Part shown: positions 62,066 through 64,000 of the stretch, piece by piece
How the letters are laid out: every line of letters starts with the position of its first letter
Position numbering within the stretch: position 1 is the first letter of the stretch
Source of the DNA: Paraphysomonas bandaiensis
Taxonomy: Eukaryota; Protista; Chrysophyceae
Length of the DNA stretch: 64,000 bases
Direction: 5' to 3'
Assembly: GCA_965644295.1 (NCBI GenBank)
Contig: CBFFRP010000338.1
Span: 62,001-126,000 of the forward strand
Translations under genes and position numbers: made by a program
Notes under the pieces: model-generated
The model's database searches: none
What the model was told of the DNA's origin: nothing
The model's input: the letters and a program-made list of their open reading frames with translations, nothing else

Positions 62066-64000
62066 ATGTCTCGCCTTTGCCATGTTGTGGTGTGGTCCTG
62101 TTTGCTACTAGGGCTTGTGTGGCCATCTTCTTCAAAGCAGTGTGATCACCATGTCGCTAATTATGCAATCGATAAAGTGACAACAGAAGGAGATCATCCA
62201 GTTGCTCACATAGAGGGACTTACCTGTGCTAAAACTTTTCCCAGTGCAACCGCATTGGCATCTAGTTACCTCTGTGAGGCTTTTCTTGCTGCAAACAGAG
62301 AGATATCTGCCTACAACAATGCAGTGTATACTCTTGAGCGCCTACCTTATGATGCACGTGCTCTAGCTTGCCTGTCTGCAATTTATATGAAATCAAGAAG
62401 TTATATACGAGCATTCTTTTACGCAGAGATTGCAAGTAGATACATCTCTTCTAATCGCAGTACATTACACTCATGTAATCCAGAGGAATATATGGTTCGA
62501 ATATCCAAAACTTTTCCTAATGCTGCGAATCCGTCATTGACAAATGTCGGAAGTTGTTTGTTAGATAGTTTTTACCAACGCATAGTTCATAGCATAAACG
62601 GAACACTGACTCTGTACTCTGTTGTTCTTCGATATATGGACATAATGCCCCCAACATACAGGGGCCTCCCCTATATATACATCTACGAAATGTTTCTCGA
62701 ATCAGTAGAAATTCTACTCGCTGGCCACTGTCCAAAGAGTGATTTGGTGGTCTCTAGACACATCAATCCGGTTGCATGGGATGCAGAACGTGTAATAAAC
62801 ATACTATCGCACCCTCATTCCGCTCCCACATTTTCAGAAACTGCGTTCGGGCTGTCAGATGGTCTAAATAACATTCACGTCCCAAACCGCATATCTACAG
62901 TATCTTTGACAGATCAGCGTTTTGTTTCCATACATAGTGTAGCACCACCTTTTTCGGATTTGTGGAGGGGACATGGAAGAGAAATTCGGTGGAATTTTGA
63001 GAAAAATCCAAAAGTTTGTATGCCAGACGAATCTCCTGGATTCTTCAGTACCGAATGTGGCACTTCAGAGGCAAGGTTTTACTTTGAGTACATGTCTCGT
63101 ATGACCTGTATATGGGAGTCTATCCCTTCAAACATGGCGAAGTGGGCAGACAAGGCAGCGTCGAACTCAGATTTGCTTTCGTGTGGGCCATACCTTGTAC
63201 CTCTCCTCCTCCCAAACAACCTCATTGCACGATCTCTTGTCTTGCAGCGCTTTAGTAGTAAGTAGCATGATGTTTATCAACTTGCTGATGTAGTTCACGA
63301 TGTATCGAATTTCCGATGCAGGTATGTTTTCGGTTGGTGATGTTGACCTCAGTCGGCCAATAGATGTACTTTTCTATGGTGGAAAAAACCCTCACCGCGA
63401 ACAGGTGAAAAGGATTATCGAGCGCAAACTGGTTGAGGAGCACGGTCTGCGAGTCGTATTTGCAATGGACTATAATCTTTTCGGTATAGCAAGAGAAGTG
63501 GCTATTGAAAACGCAAAGGTATGCCTGATCTATGTATTCGACTCTATAATATTGAGGCTGTTCCTATAGATAATATTGAATCTCGGGAATACTCCATGGC
63601 CTCCAGCGAATTCTGAAACGCATAGAAGGGAGCACTGTCGTGCCCCCGCGAACTATCACCGAATACGTGCTCTTCTAGCCCGAGGCAAGATGGTTGTGAG
63701 TGAGGTTGGTACTCAATTGCCAATCCTATCACACATGATGGTACACGTTTAACAGCGGACTGGAATGACGTATGATGAGGAGATTTTGGGTGGGGTAGTA
63801 GTGTTTTCAGATACTGACACTTTACCAGATGCTTTACTAGCGTTGCTAAGTGACCCCCTATCTCGGCGAGGAGCAGAAGAGCGGGCTCTGCAATATATCC
63901 TTGAGGATCATACCCAGCCATCTGTCACGCTATCCAACGGCAGTGCATGGCCCTCTTCCATTAGTCACCTTTCTGTTGCCGTGTCCTTACTCGCCAGTGA
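62066..64000 (+). CDS. Secreted TPR-like plus GT-B glycosyltransferase-like protein; runs off the window end
   Basis: Signal peptide and a short TPR-like segment, then spliced exons RPIDVLFYGGKNPHR..IENAK|IILNL..YHRIRALLARGKMVVSE|RTG.., resembling CgeB/Glyco_trans_1_2-type domains. Confidence 0.65.

Noticed and set aside
1-64000. Functional gene cluster (Golgi/ER glycosylation or Ca2+ genes) or alternative genetic code
   Set aside because: The genes are a mix of unrelated housekeeping functions. In-frame stops in conserved genes are explained by introns, and TAA, TAG and TGA all serve as normal stops.

Overview
Eukaryotic nuclear DNA of roughly 40% GC with many short spliceosomal introns (mostly about 45-60 nt, GT-AG). 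The gene content (ARMC9-like, MLO-like with EF-hands, plant/stramenopile-type zinc-finger families) suggests a flagellated protist, probably a stramenopile; this is inference only. I reconstructed about 18 protein-coding genes by hand: GT34-like glycosyltransferase, Kv channel, SLC33A1/AT-1, EMC6, GDT1/TMEM165, RPT1/PSMC2, ARMC9-like, small C2HC finger protein, large unknown multi-TM protein, RPS28, CS/NudC protein, membrane C2H2 protein, a disrupted Rieske protein, SZT2, eIF5A, a myristoylated CaMK-like kinase, an MLO-like EF-hand protein and a truncated GT-B glycosyltransferase. Twelve of these form six head-to-head pairs. Between gene islands lie decayed transposons (MULE-like, hAT, copia-like, MITEs) and several unclassified repeat families. 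I found no rRNA, tRNA or CRISPR array and no clear novel multi-gene system. The best leads are two Ca2+-handling membrane proteins with fused EF-hands, a candidate bidirectional promoter motif, and an unclassified element with a 'PPD' ORF followed by a conserved GNRA hairpin. Family assignments rest on recalled motifs, not database searches, and exon boundaries were read by eye.
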